From assembly GCA_963758635.1 (NCBI GenBank), contig CAVWWD010000008.1:160001-224000 (forward strand): 64,000 nt of DNA. Reading direction: 5' to 3'. Below, piece after piece: positions 51,936 to 61,524 of this stretch (its first letter is position 1; each line of letters starts with the position of its first letter). Both the position numbers and the translations under genes were made by a program. The notes beneath the pieces were generated by a model. The model made no database searches, was not told the DNA's origin, and worked only from the letters and a program-made list of their open reading frames with translations. The DNA comes from an uncultured Candidatus Rokubacteria bacterium. Its GTDB lineage: Bacteria > Methylomirabilota > Methylomirabilia > Rokubacteriales > CSP1-6.

Positions 51936-53888
51936 TCAGTGGCAGTGGGCGGCGGGCGCGGGCGGCAGGTCCAGCGCGGGGTTGCCGTCGAAGAAGCCGG
52001 ACGGCTTGAGCGCGAAGCCGATGCAGGCCACCGGCATCACCGGCCACTCCTCGGGGCGCACGACATGGTGGTGGCCCATCGTGTACCAGACCACGATCGG
52101 CGCGTCGGCCACGGGCCGGTCCTGCGCCACGTACTCGGGCAGGCCTGCCCCGCCCGGGTGCTGGTTCGGGTAGTCCCCCGCGGCGTAGCGCTCGGCGGGC
52201 TCGTAGCGGGTCACCCAGAGGTGACGGGTGGCGAATCCGGCGCGACGGAGCGCGGGACTTCCGGGCTGGGCGAAGGGCAGCACGTTGTCGCCCGGGACCA
52301 GGCGGTACGCGGTGCGGCCGCCCACCGCGTTGACGCCGCCCGCGCTCACGACCTTCCACGAGCGCGCGCGGAGGGGATCGACGGTGCGCTGCGCCTCGGC
52401 CTCGCGCGCGAGGACGCGCTCGGTCACCACCCACGCGTTGCCGTACGGGTTGTCCGGCCCGGGCGGGGAGGGCGCGCTCTCCAGCTCGACGACGGTGTTC
52501 TTCTCGCCGTCGACCATCGTGTCGAGCCGCACGCTGAAGTAGTGCTGGTGGTGCGGCCCGTAGAGGCCGGGCGCCACCACGACGCCGTGAGACGGCTCGA
52601 CGCCGGGAGCGATCGCGCCGGTTGACATGATGCCGCTCATCTTCACCTGCAGCTCGAGGCTCCCGTCCTGGTAGAAGTACCAGTAGAACCCGTACTCGTA
52701 GTTGCCCACCGTGGCGATGCTCGACACCACGAGCCGGCGCGAGCGGCGCACCTCCGTGTACCCGGTGCGGAGGTCCGTGTGCTTCCAGAGGATCCCGACG
52801 TCCTCCTCGTGGATGCAGATGGCGTTGTCGATCACCGCCGGCTCCCCCGCGGGATCCGAGATCACCGCGTCGAGGTAGCGGATCTCGCCGAGGCAGTCGC
52901 AGCCGAGCGCGAGCGAGTTCGTGAGCATGCCCACGCCGTACTCGCCCATGTCGAACACCTGCTTGCGGCGGTGGGTCGGCGCGGGGTCGCCGTACGGAAC
53001 CCACATCTCGGAGACGGCGGCGCGGAAGAGGATGGGGCGCACGCGCCCGCCATCCTCGTAGCCGATGGTGTGGAGCACGAGCCCCTCGCGCGGGTTGAAG
53101 CCGACGCGCATCCGCCACTTCTGCCAGCGGAGCTCGTGGCCGGCGAGGGTGAAGCCCACGCCCTCGGGCTGGGTGATCGCGAGCGGCTTCACGTCGGCAC
53201 GGACGCCGGTGAAGCGGGGCGAGTTCGCGGCGTCGGTGATGGTGTCCGGCCCGTAGTTGCCGGCCCGCGGCGGCAGCGGCACGACGCCGTGGTCCTCGAT
53301 GGCCGTGACCTCCATCCGGTCCAGGTCGAACTCGGTGACGAGGCCCTCGATGGGCCGCGCGTAGCCGTTGTCGAGGGGGCCGCTGCGGATCCACGTGAGC
53401 GCCCGGATGATCCGGCGGCGCTCAGGCCCGTCCTCCGGACCGTCGTTGCCGGCCGACCAGGGGTCGACCATGGCGAGGCTCGGGTCGGTCACCCCGCGCT
53501 TGCGCATCGCCGCCTGCCACTCGGGGTGCGCCTTGACCGCGGCCTCGCAGGCGAGGACCTCCTCGAACACGATGGGCGGCGCCACGCCGGGGCGCTCGCG
53601 CCAGTCCACCACCTTGTCGCCGCTGAGCGACACGATCGCCTCGAACGTGGTCCGCCGGCGGCGGTCGCGGACGATGACGAACGCGCGGCGGTCGAAGGGG
53701 TCGCCGGGCCGGAAGGCGAGGACGGCCTCCCGCGTGGGCTCGTCGAGCTGGACGCGGACGAAGAACGCGTCCGGGTCCATCCGTCCCGATGCGCGCAGGA
53801 TGCGCGCGGCCCCCGCGACCTCGTCGGCGCCGAGCGGGTCGAGGGGGTGGCGGGTGAGGACCTCCGCGCTCGTGGAGACGCTCACCAC
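51936..53888 (-). CDS. tynA: copper-containing primary-amine oxidase
   Basis: HPLDPL, TVGNYEYG (TPQ motif NYE), HHQH, RPEEWPVMP. Confidence 0.93.
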   Translation of the reverse strand: MVSVSTSAEVLTRHPLDPLGADEVAGAARILRASGRMDPDAFFVRVQLDEPTREAVLAFRPGDPFDRRAFVIVRDRRRRTTFEAIVSLSGDKVVDWRERPGVAPPIVFEEVLACEAAVKAHPEWQAAMRKRGVTDPSLAMVDPWSAGNDGPEDGPERRRIIRALTWIRSGPLDNGYARPIEGLVTEFDLDRMEVTAIEDHGVVPLPPRAGNYGPDTITDAANSPRFTGVRADVKPLAITQPEGVGFTLAGHELRWQKWRMRVGFNPREGLVLHTIGYEDGGRVRPILFRAAVSEMWVPYGDPAPTHRRKQVFDMGEYGVGMLTNSLALGCDCLGEIRYLDAVISDPAGEPAVIDNAICIHEEDVGILWKHTDLRTGYTEVRRSRRLVVSSIATVGNYEYGFYWYFYQDGSLELQVKMSGIMSTGAIAPGVEPSHGVVVAPGLYGPHHQHYFSVRLDTMVDGEKNTVVELESAPSPPGPDNPYGNAWVVTERVLAREAEAQRTVDPLRARSWKVVSAGGVNAVGGRTAYRLVPGDNVLPFAQPGSPALRRAGFATRHLWVTRYEPAERYAAGDYPNQHPGGAGLPEYVAQDRPVADAPIVVWYTMGHHHVVRPEEWPVMPVACIGFALKPSGFFDGNPALDLPPAPAAHCH

Positions 53889-53895
53889 CGCGCCG

Positions 53896-54732
53896 TCACT
53901 TGACCAGCTTGGACCACTGGTCGAGCAGCGGCAGCACGGCGTCGCGCCCGTCCGAGGGCAGGCGCAGGATGGCCCGCGTCACGCCGGCGGCGGCGTAGCG
54001 CTCGAGGAGCGCCTCGTCGGGACCGGCGCCGAAGACCGACGTGGTGATGGTCTTCATGTCGCGGCCGGCCCGCGCGGCGCGCTCGCGGAGCTCGGTCAGC
54101 CCGGACAGGATGCGGTCGGCGGCGCGCGCCCGCGGGAACCAGCCGTCGCAGTAGTCGACCACGCGCTGGAGCGTGTGCGAGCTCTCGCCGCCCAGCAGCA
54201 CGGGCGGGTTCGGCTTCTGCGTGGGCTTCGGCCACGACCAGATCGGGTCGAAGCGGACGTGCTCGCCGTGGAAGCTCGCCTCGTCCTTCGTCCAGATCTC
54301 CTTCATGGCCCGCACTTGCTCGCCGAGCTTCTTGAACCGCGTCTTGTAGTCGGTGCCGTGGTTCTCCATCTCCTCCGCGTTCCAGCCCGCGCCGATGCCG
54401 AGCTCGAAGCGCCCGTTCGAGAGCACGTCGAGGCTCGCGACCTCCTTGGCCGTGATGATCGTGTCGCGCTCGATGAGGAGGCAGATGCCGGTGCCCACGC
54501 GGAGCCGCGTGGTGACCGCGGCCGCCGCCATCAGCGACACGAACGGGTCGAAGGTGTGCGAGTACTCGCGCGGCAACTGGCCGCCGCCGGGAAACGGCGT
54601 GCGCCGGCTCGTGGGGATGTGCGTGTGCTCGGGCACCCAGAGGGACTCGAAGCCGCGGTCCTCCGCCGCACGGGCCAGCTCGTCGATGCGGATCGCGTAG
54701 TCGGTGGCGAACATGCAGACGCCGATGTGCAT
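53896..54732 (-). CDS. LLM class (F420-dependent type) oxidoreductase
   Basis: GFESLWVPEHTHIP, AKEVASLDVLSNGRFELGIGAGWNAEEMENHG. Confidence 0.9.
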   Translation of the reverse strand: MHIGVCMFATDYAIRIDELARAAEDRGFESLWVPEHTHIPTSRRTPFPGGGQLPREYSHTFDPFVSLMAAAAVTTRLRVGTGICLLIERDTIITAKEVASLDVLSNGRFELGIGAGWNAEEMENHGTDYKTRFKKLGEQVRAMKEIWTKDEASFHGEHVRFDPIWSWPKPTQKPNPPVLLGGESSHTLQRVVDYCDGWFPRARAADRILSGLTELRERAARAGRDMKTITTSVFGAGPDEALLERYAAAGVTRAILRLPSDGRDAVLPLLDQWSKLVK

Positions 54733-54861
54733 GGGGCTCCTCCTGTAGACGGCGACGCGCGGGGATGGTTCCGATGACCGAGAGTACGCGCCGGGCACAG
54801 GTGGGTCAAGCGCGCTCTCTCCCTCGCCGCCGCCCGGGCGCGGGCGGCGCGATCGATCGCG

Positions 54862-55677
54862 CTATCCCTTCGTGATCGGGCCGGCGAGGAGGATGCGGCC
54901 GGCCAGGAAGCGCCCGAAGGGCTTGACGCCGATGAGCAGGAGCCGATCGATCTGCCCGAGGACCTCGAACCGGTCCGGCACGACGCGACTGACGAGGAAG
55001 TTGAAGTGCTTCTCGAGGGCGATCGAGGATACGAGGCTGAGGATGTGCGCGAGGTCCCGCTCCGTGAGCTTGCGCTCGTCCTCGGTGATGTACGGCTTGT
55101 GCGGCCCGTAGACGAAGCGCTGCATGGCCGGGTACAGCCACTTCTCCACCACGCGTGATCGCCGGATGCGGTCGGTGACGGAGTGCGAGTAGACCTCGTT
55201 GATCACGAGGGTCGCCCCTCGCTTCGACACCCGGCGGATCTCGTCGACCGTACGTGGGATGTCCACGTGATGCATGATGTCCCTCGCGAGCACCACGTCG
55301 AAGAAGTCGTCCTCGTAACGCAGCGTCTCCGCCGGCATCTCCTCGAAATGGACGCGCAGACCCTCCCGGTCGGCCCGCGCCTTCGCGAGCGCCACGGATT
55401 CCGGGCTCAGGTCGAAGGCGTGAACGTCGGCTCCCAGCTTCGCCAGGCGCAAGGCGTCGTCTCCGAAGCCACAGCCGATGACGAGCACCCTTCGACCCGT
55501 GATGCCGACGGAGCTGAGGTAGGCGTACATCTGCCAGTAGGCGTTCCACCAGCGCCGCGCGGGGCGATCGAGGACCTCCCAGGAGAACGGCCGGTCGAGC
55601 AGCCGTGCGTGCTCCTTCGCGCGCTCGCGGTGGTACTCGACCTCCCGCCGCTGCCTGTCGGTGAGCGGTTCGTCCAT
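54862..55677 (-). CDS. class I SAM-dependent methyltransferase
   Basis: VLVIGCGFG, AFDLSPES, FDVVLARDIMHH. Confidence 0.85.
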   Translation of the reverse strand: MDEPLTDRQRREVEYHRERAKEHARLLDRPFSWEVLDRPARRWWNAYWQMYAYLSSVGITGRRVLVIGCGFGDDALRLAKLGADVHAFDLSPESVALAKARADREGLRVHFEEMPAETLRYEDDFFDVVLARDIMHHVDIPRTVDEIRRVSKRGATLVINEVYSHSVTDRIRRSRVVEKWLYPAMQRFVYGPHKPYITEDERKLTERDLAHILSLVSSIALEKHFNFLVSRVVPDRFEVLGQIDRLLLIGVKPFGRFLAGRILLAGPITKG

Positions 55678-55815
55678 GTGTCCCTCCCGACCGTGCGTCG
55701 CGTCGCTGAAGCATAACGCGACGGGGCGTTGTACCGCGAGGCCCGGCGCTCTACTATGTCTCATCTGTCCACGTCTCGCCGGCCGGGGCACGCCGGCCGC
55801 CAAGGAGGAGCGCGC

Positions 55816-56832
55816 ATGGACTGTGTGATCGGCACGAGCAAGGGTCTCTTCGTCCTCGACGGCGCCACCGGCACGGCGCAGCCGGTGCTGCGCGAGCGCG
55901 CCGTCCGCGACATCGCGCGGGTGAACGGGTCGATCCTCGCCGGGGCGGACACCGGCTGCTTCCGGTCCGACGACGGCGCCGCGACGTGGCAGCCGAGCGG
56001 GATCGAGGGCCGGATGGTCTGGCACATGACGCGCGTCCCCGCGACGGCGCACTCCGTGTACGCCGTGACCCAGCCCGCCGGCGTGTTCCGGAGCGACGAC
56101 GCCGGCCGCACGTGGGCGGAGGTCGAGGGCTTCACCCGGGCGCCCGGCGCCGAACGGTGGTGCGTGCCCACCAAGCCGCCGTCCCCCGGCCGCGCCCGCA
56201 CGGTCGTGGTCGACCGCAGCAATCCGAAGGCCATGTGGGTGGGCGTGGAGGTGGGCGGCGTGGCGACGACGCGGGACGGCGGGGCCACGTGGACGGTGGA
56301 CCAGCCCGGCGCCAACCCGGACATCCACGTGATGGTGGCGCACCCCGTGAAGCCCGGCGTGCTGTTCGTGAGCACGGGCTACGGCCGCATCGATGGCGTG
56401 GCCGAGCACGTCGAGGGCAACGCCGGCATGCTCCGCTCCGACGACGGCGGGCGCACGTGGACCTACGTGTGGAAGGGCATGGAGCCGCGCTACACTCGGC
56501 CGCTCTGCGTCGACCCGCGCGCGCCGTACGGCGTCACGGTGGCGTGCGCGCCGACGGCCTTCTCGAGCGTGAAGGATCCGGGCGGCGCCCAGGCCATGCT
56601 CTACCGCACGGAGGACGAGGGGCGGACGTGGCGATCCCTGTGCGACCCGGCGCACTCGCCGTCCGCCGCGAACTTCCACGGGCTCGCGCCGGACCCCGAG
56701 GTGCCGGGCGGGGTGGTCGCCGGCACGGAGACCGGCGAGGTCTGGCGGGTGAGCGACGAGGGCAAGTGGACGCAGTGCGCCGCCGGGCTGCCGAGCGTGC
56801 TGTCGATCCTGCCCCTCCGGTGGCGCATCTAG
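55816..56832 (+). CDS. BNR/Asp-box beta-propeller protein
   Basis: Repeated RSDDGxxTW motifs; RBS AGGAGG. Confidence 0.85.
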   Translation: MDCVIGTSKGLFVLDGATGTAQPVLRERAVRDIARVNGSILAGADTGCFRSDDGAATWQPSGIEGRMVWHMTRVPATAHSVYAVTQPAGVFRSDDAGRTWAEVEGFTRAPGAERWCVPTKPPSPGRARTVVVDRSNPKAMWVGVEVGGVATTRDGGATWTVDQPGANPDIHVMVAHPVKPGVLFVSTGYGRIDGVAEHVEGNAGMLRSDDGGRTWTYVWKGMEPRYTRPLCVDPRAPYGVTVACAPTAFSSVKDPGGAQAMLYRTEDEGRTWRSLCDPAHSPSAANFHGLAPDPEVPGGVVAGTETGEVWRVSDEGKWTQCAAGLPSVLSILPLRWRI

Positions 56833-56902
56833 GGTCGGCGAACAGTTCCTCTCGAGCGCCGGCGCGCAGGAGCTCGCCAGAAGTCTGCCCGGTGCAACCA
56901 CG

Positions 56903-56970
56903 ATCTAACCGTGGGGTTGCAACGGCCGTCGACCCCCAGCGGTCAGGGCCGGTGAACCCTTGCGCTGCGG
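56903..56970 (+). mobile_element. degenerate attC-like site
   Basis: ATCTAAC-CGTGGGGTTGCAACGGCC...GGCCGGTGAACCCTTGC-GCTGCGG; GGGTTGCA/TGAACCC arms, right core decayed. Confidence 0.5.
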
Positions 56971-57009
56971 GCTTTCATCCCGTTCCCAAGCAGCAGGATG
57001 TGAAGGAGC

Positions 57010-57780
57010 ATGAGGATGACCGGCGTTCTAGAAGGGAGGATTGCCCTCGTCACGGGAGCCGGTGGCGGGATACGCCTTGCCACGGCCAAGGCGTTCGCCG
57101 AAGCAGGCGCATCGGTGGTTCTTGCTGACCGAGACGAAGAGGCGATCGGCAGGGCGACCGAGGGGATCCGCTCGGCGGGCCACAAGGTCATCGGCGTGAC
57201 CTGCGACGTCACGGACAGGGCTCAGGTGACGACGATGATCGAGCAAGCCGTCACCACCTACGGGCGGCTGGACGCCGCCTTCAACAATGCCGGTGTCAAC
57301 AGCGACAGTGCTTCCTTGCTGGACACGGACGACGACGAGTTCGACCGCATCATCGCCGTCAACCTTCGCGGCGTTTGGAACTGCATGAAGACCGAGCTTC
57401 GCCAGATGATCGCGCAAGGGAACGGCGCGATCGTCAACTGCGCATCGATTGGCGGCATGGTGGGGTCGAAGGGACGAAGCGCGTATTCCGCAAGCAAGCA
57501 CGGGGTCATTGGTCTGACGCGGTCCGCCGCGCTTGACTATGCCACCCACGGGATTCGCATCAACGCGGTCTGTCCCGGGATGATCAACACACCGATGGCG
57601 GTCGCGGTCACGAAAAACTACGATCCCGAGATCGTCAAGGCGATGGTGGCGCGGGAGCCCATCGGACGCTTCGGCGAGCCTGAAGAGATCGCAGCGGCCG
57701 TCGTCTGGCTGTGCACTCCAGGCGCGAGTTTCATGGTCGGTCATGCCATGGCGGTCGATGGAGGCTTCTTGGCCCAGTAG
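57010..57780 (+). CDS. SDR family oxidoreductase
   Basis: TGAGGGI, NNAG, YSASKHG, RINAVCPG. Confidence 0.92.
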   Translation: MRMTGVLEGRIALVTGAGGGIRLATAKAFAEAGASVVLADRDEEAIGRATEGIRSAGHKVIGVTCDVTDRAQVTTMIEQAVTTYGRLDAAFNNAGVNSDSASLLDTDDDEFDRIIAVNLRGVWNCMKTELRQMIAQGNGAIVNCASIGGMVGSKGRSAYSASKHGVIGLTRSAALDYATHGIRINAVCPGMINTPMAVAVTKNYDPEIVKAMVAREPIGRFGEPEEIAAAVVWLCTPGASFMVGHAMAVDGGFLAQ

Positions 57781-57791
57781 TACGGACAAGA

Positions 57792-57894
57792 TCACCGGTA
57801 AACGTCGCGGCGATGCCCGATCTTGAAAACGGTGACGGTGAGGTCTCGATCCTGAGACTGCTGATGGCTTGATCAGCAGCCTATAGCTTGCCAC
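57792..57894 (-). pseudogene. RelE/ParE toxin with a large internal deletion
   Basis: N-term MASYRLLIKPSAV joined out of frame to C-term DRDLTVTVFKIGHRRDVYR-stop. Confidence 0.75.
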
Positions 57895-58129
57895 GGCGCC
57901 GCGGGTCGCTCAGTACCTTCCCGAGATCGATGCTGGGCTCTTTGGACCGGGTTCGATATGCGGTGAGATCCTCGGCATCCTCCGCCAGGCTCAGCCGAAC
58001 GGCGGTGTTGATGAGGTCCGAAATGCTCTGGTCGGTTTCCGCGGCCTTCACCCGCAGCGCTCGATGCAAGTCCGCATCGAGGTACACCGTTGCTCTTCTT
58101 GCCGGCATTGTTCTTCTCGCTGTCCTCAT
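57881..58129 (-). CDS. CopG/ribbon-helix-helix antitoxin
   Basis: RATVYLDADLHRALRVKAAETDQSISDLINTAVRLSLAEDAEDL; overlaps the relE remnant start. Confidence 0.85.
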   Translation of the reverse strand: MRTARRTMPARRATVYLDADLHRALRVKAAETDQSISDLINTAVRLSLAEDAEDLTAYRTRSKEPSIDLGKVLSDPRRRGKL

Positions 58130-58236
58130 GCCGGGATGGTAGCGCTCTGACGTCAGAACGTCACGGCTGCTAGGCTGGCCGCCAACGGGCTCGACGTGCA
58201 CGTTTCGCGCCCCGGGAGCCATGGAGGAGTGATCCG

Positions 58237-59530
58237 ATGAGGTTCGGGATCTTCTACGAGCACCAGCTTCCCCGTCCGTGGGAGGACGGCGCCGAGCAGA
58301 AGCTGTTCCAGGACGCGCTAGACCAGGTCGAGCTGGCCGACCGGCTCGGCGTCGATCACGCGTGGGAGGTCGAGCACCACTTCCTGGAGGAGTACTCGCA
58401 CTCCTCGGCCCCCGAGGTGTTCCTGGCCGCGGCGTCGCAGCGCACGAAGCAGATCCGGCTCGGCCACGGGATCGTGCTGATGCCGCCCGGCTACAACCAC
58501 CCCGCGCGGGTGGCCGAGCGCATCGCCACGCTGGACCTGGTCTCGAACGGGCGGGTGGAGTTCGGCACCGGCGAGTCCGCCTCGCGCGCCGAGCTCGAGG
58601 GGTTCGGCATCGATCCCAACGAGCGCCGCGCCATGTGGCGGGAGACGGTCGAGCAGGTGGCGGACATGATGGTGATGGACCCGTACCCCGGCTTCCAGGG
58701 GAAGTACTTCTCGATGCCGGCGCGCAACGTCATGCCCAAGCCCGTGCAGAAGCCGCACCCGCCGCTCTGGGTGGCGTGCTCGAACCGCAACACCATCCAC
58801 CTCGCCGCCCAGCTCGGGATCGGCGCGCTCACCTTCGCGTTCATCGATCCCACCGAGGCCAAGCAGTGGGTGGACGACTACTACGAAACGCTCAAGCGCG
58901 AGTGCGTGCCCATCGGGCATGCCGTGAACGCCAACATCGCCATGGTCACCGGCTTCTCCTGCCACGCCGACGCCGAGGAGGCGCGGCGGCGCGGCACCGA
59001 CGGCTTCCGCTTCTTCCAGTTCGCGCTCGGCCATCACTACAGCTTCGGCACGCACACGCCCGGGCCGGACGAACATCTGGAACAAGTACGTGGCCGTGCG
59101 CGACGCGCTGGGCATGGACCTCATGGGCGGGGGCACCGGCTGCATCGGCAATCCCGACGACCTTCGCGAGTCGCTCCGCGCCTTCCAGGCCGCGGGCGTG
59201 GACCAGACGGTGTTCATCCAGCAGGGCGGCAAGAACCGGCACGAGCACATCTGCGAGTCGCTCGATCTGTTCGCGGGGGCGGTGATGCCGGAGTTCAAGG
59301 AGAAGGAAGCGGAGCGCCAGCAGCGGAAGGCCGAGGAGCTCGCGCCGTACATCGAGGCGGCGTTCCGCCGCAAGCAGGCCCGTCCCGCGCCGGCCGACGG
59401 GGACATCGCGAGCTACCCGGCCTACGGGCTCTCCATCGCCCAGGTCGATCCCGCCACGCTGCCCGAGGCCAACCGGCGCCGCCTGGAGGCCTTCAGGAAG
59501 ATGCGCGAGATCATGGAGCGCACGCGATGA
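58237..59530 (+). CDS. LLM class flavin-dependent oxidoreductase (frameshift near 59060), paralog of 2109..3339
   Basis: [15 protein letters not shown]...[15 protein letters not shown]...[14 protein letters not shown]. Confidence 0.88.
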
Positions 59531-60309
59531 GCGGCGCGCGCCTGGCCGGCAAGGTCGCCATCGTCACGGGCGCGGGATCGCGCGGGGAGGGGATCGGCAA
59601 CGGCCGCGCCGCGGCCATCCTCTTCGCCCGCGAGGGCGCCCGGGTGCTGCTCGTGGACCAGAAGCGGAAGGCCGCCGAGGAGACGCTCGAGGCGATCCGC
59701 GGGGAGGGTGGCGAGGCCCACGTGTTCGAGGCCGACGTGACCCGCAGCGCGGACTGCCAGGCCCTGGTGGAGGACGCCGTCCGCCGCTGGGGGCGCCTGG
59801 ACATCCTCGACAACAACGTGGGCATCGGCGGGCGCGCCAGCGTGGTGGACGTGGACGAGGCGGCGTGGGATCACCTGATGCGGGTGAACGTCACCAGCAT
59901 GATGCTCACCGGCAAGCACGCGGTGCCCGCGATGGCGAAGGGCGGGGGCGGCGCCATCGTGAACATCTCGTCGATCTCCGCGCTCCGCCCGCGCGGCCTC
60001 ACCCCGTACAGCGTGTCCAAGGGCGCGGTGATCGCGCTCACGCGCGCCATGGCCATCGACCACGCGCCCCAGGGCATCCGCGTCAACTGCATCGCCCCCG
60101 GGCCCGTGTACACGCCCATGGTCTCCTCCGACGGCATGACGCCGGAGCTCCGCGACCGCCGCCGGCGCGCCTCGCCGCTGGGCGTCGAGGGCACGGGATG
60201 GGACATCGGCTACGCCGCGCTGTTCCTCGTGTCGGACGAGGCGCGCTACATCACCGGCGTGGTGCTGCCGGTGGACGGCGGCGTCACCATCACGAGCGCG
60301 TCGCGGTAG
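59527..60309 (+). CDS. SDR family oxidoreductase
   Basis: TGAGSRGEGIGNG, NNVG, YSVSK, RVNCIAPG. Confidence 0.9.
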   Translation: MSGARLAGKVAIVTGAGSRGEGIGNGRAAAILFAREGARVLLVDQKRKAAEETLEAIRGEGGEAHVFEADVTRSADCQALVEDAVRRWGRLDILDNNVGIGGRASVVDVDEAAWDHLMRVNVTSMMLTGKHAVPAMAKGGGGAIVNISSISALRPRGLTPYSVSKGAVIALTRAMAIDHAPQGIRVNCIAPGPVYTPMVSSDGMTPELRDRRRRASPLGVEGTGWDIGYAALFLVSDEARYITGVVLPVDGGVTITSASR

Positions 60310-60784
60310 CGCCCTCCCGGTCGATCCGGTCGTAGACGGCGAGGAGGAGCGCGCGCGAGTCGCGCTCCTCGTGCACGAACCAGCGCAGCGTGTCGCGGGT
60401 GAGGGCGTCCACCGACTCGTCGTTCGCCCGCTCGTCGATCGACGCGAAGAACGCCTCCGCCTTCGCCGGCGGGTTGCGGCGGCGCGCCGCCTGGATCTTC
60501 TCGAGGTCCGACACGCCAGGGTCGCCGTAGACCCGCACCCGCTCCGCGAGCTCGGGGTCCTCGTCCTCGCGGACGGCATGGCCCAGCCGCTCGATCCGCT
60601 GGCGGAACACCTCGCCGTGGGTGGTCTCGCGGGCGGCCACCAGGTCGAGGGCGTGGCGGAGCTCGGGATCCGTGGTGGCCGCGGCCCAGGCCCGGAGGTA
60701 GACGCCGGCGTTCCGCTCGGCGAGGCTGATCGCGTTGAGCAGGCCCAGGTAGGGCGGCGGCTTGGCGGCGGTGTCGGTCGGCAT
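60290..60784 (-). CDS. ferritin-like domain protein
   Basis: LNAISLAE, VAARETTH, WFVHEERDS. Confidence 0.6.
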   Translation of the reverse strand: MPTDTAAKPPPYLGLLNAISLAERNAGVYLRAWAAATTDPELRHALDLVAARETTHGEVFRQRIERLGHAVREDEDPELAERVRVYGDPGVSDLEKIQAARRRNPPAKAEAFFASIDERANDESVDALTRDTLRWFVHEERDSRALLLAVYDRIDREGATATRS

Positions 60785-60815
60785 CGTCCTCGTCTCCTGT
60801 GGGGGTGGACCGCGG

Positions 60816-61442
60816 TCAGGGGCGCGGGGCCGGGGCGCGCGTCACGATGACGCGGACCGGCGTCGGCTTGAACCCGTTGACGGGATTGTAGACCTGCGCG
60901 CAGTTCGAGATGACGGCGAGCGCGTCCATCTCGGCCAGGAGCTCGACGTGATCACCCGGCTTCGAGAAGCCCTCGGCCAGGGCCATGTCGCCGGCGGGCT
61001 CGACGGGCACGTTCATGAAGAAGTTCAGGTTGGCGACGATGTCCTTTTTGCCGAGGCCGAAGCGGGCGAGGGCGCGGAGGAAGGTGTCGCGGCAGTTCGC
61101 GGTTCCCGGCGTGCCGTAGCGCTTGAGGTTGCTCTCCGCGCTGCAGCAGCCGCCGATGGTGTCGTGGCGGCCGCACGTGTCGGCGACGATCGTGAAGAGC
61201 CGGCGGCCCAAGTCCGAGTAGACGCCATGGCCGGTGGTGAGGAAGATCGTGCCCGCGTACTTCATGGTGTCGGCGGCGTTGTAGCGCTCGGCGGGGTCGG
61301 CGGCGTTGTAACAGAGGAAGTCCACCGCCTGCTTGCCCTCGAGGTCCACGATGCGCAGGCGCTCGCCGCGGCGCACGACGCGCGCCCAGTCTCCACCCGG
61401 GTCGACCACGGTGTCCTCGAGCACGGCGTTCGCGTCGCTCAT
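60816..61442 (-). CDS. urea carboxylase-associated family protein (DUF1989)
   Basis: LRIVDLEGKQAVD, DTCGRHDTIGGCCS, NCRD, NFFMNVP, SNCAQVYNP. Confidence 0.88.
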   Translation of the reverse strand: MSDANAVLEDTVVDPGGDWARVVRRGERLRIVDLEGKQAVDFLCYNAADPAERYNAADTMKYAGTIFLTTGHGVYSDLGRRLFTIVADTCGRHDTIGGCCSAESNLKRYGTPGTANCRDTFLRALARFGLGKKDIVANLNFFMNVPVEPAGDMALAEGFSKPGDHVELLAEMDALAVISNCAQVYNPVNGFKPTPVRVIVTRAPAPRP

Positions 61443-61524
61443 CGCTGCCCCACCTCCGGCGCTTTGACTTCACCCGCGGATGCGACTAGCTTACCTCGTG
61501 AGCGCTCACCGAGGAGGGCCCGTC

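Noticed and set aside
1400..59100. More than 20 frameshifted genes read as mass pseudogenisation or programmed frameshifting
   Set aside because: The breaks are scattered 1-nt indels in otherwise intact, unrelated genes with no premature-stop decay and no shared slippery motif; long-read error is the simpler explanation
58237..60309. 690-aa LLM-SDR fusion
   Set aside because: A frameshift near 59060; the LLM ends at 59530 and overlaps the SDR start in ATGA
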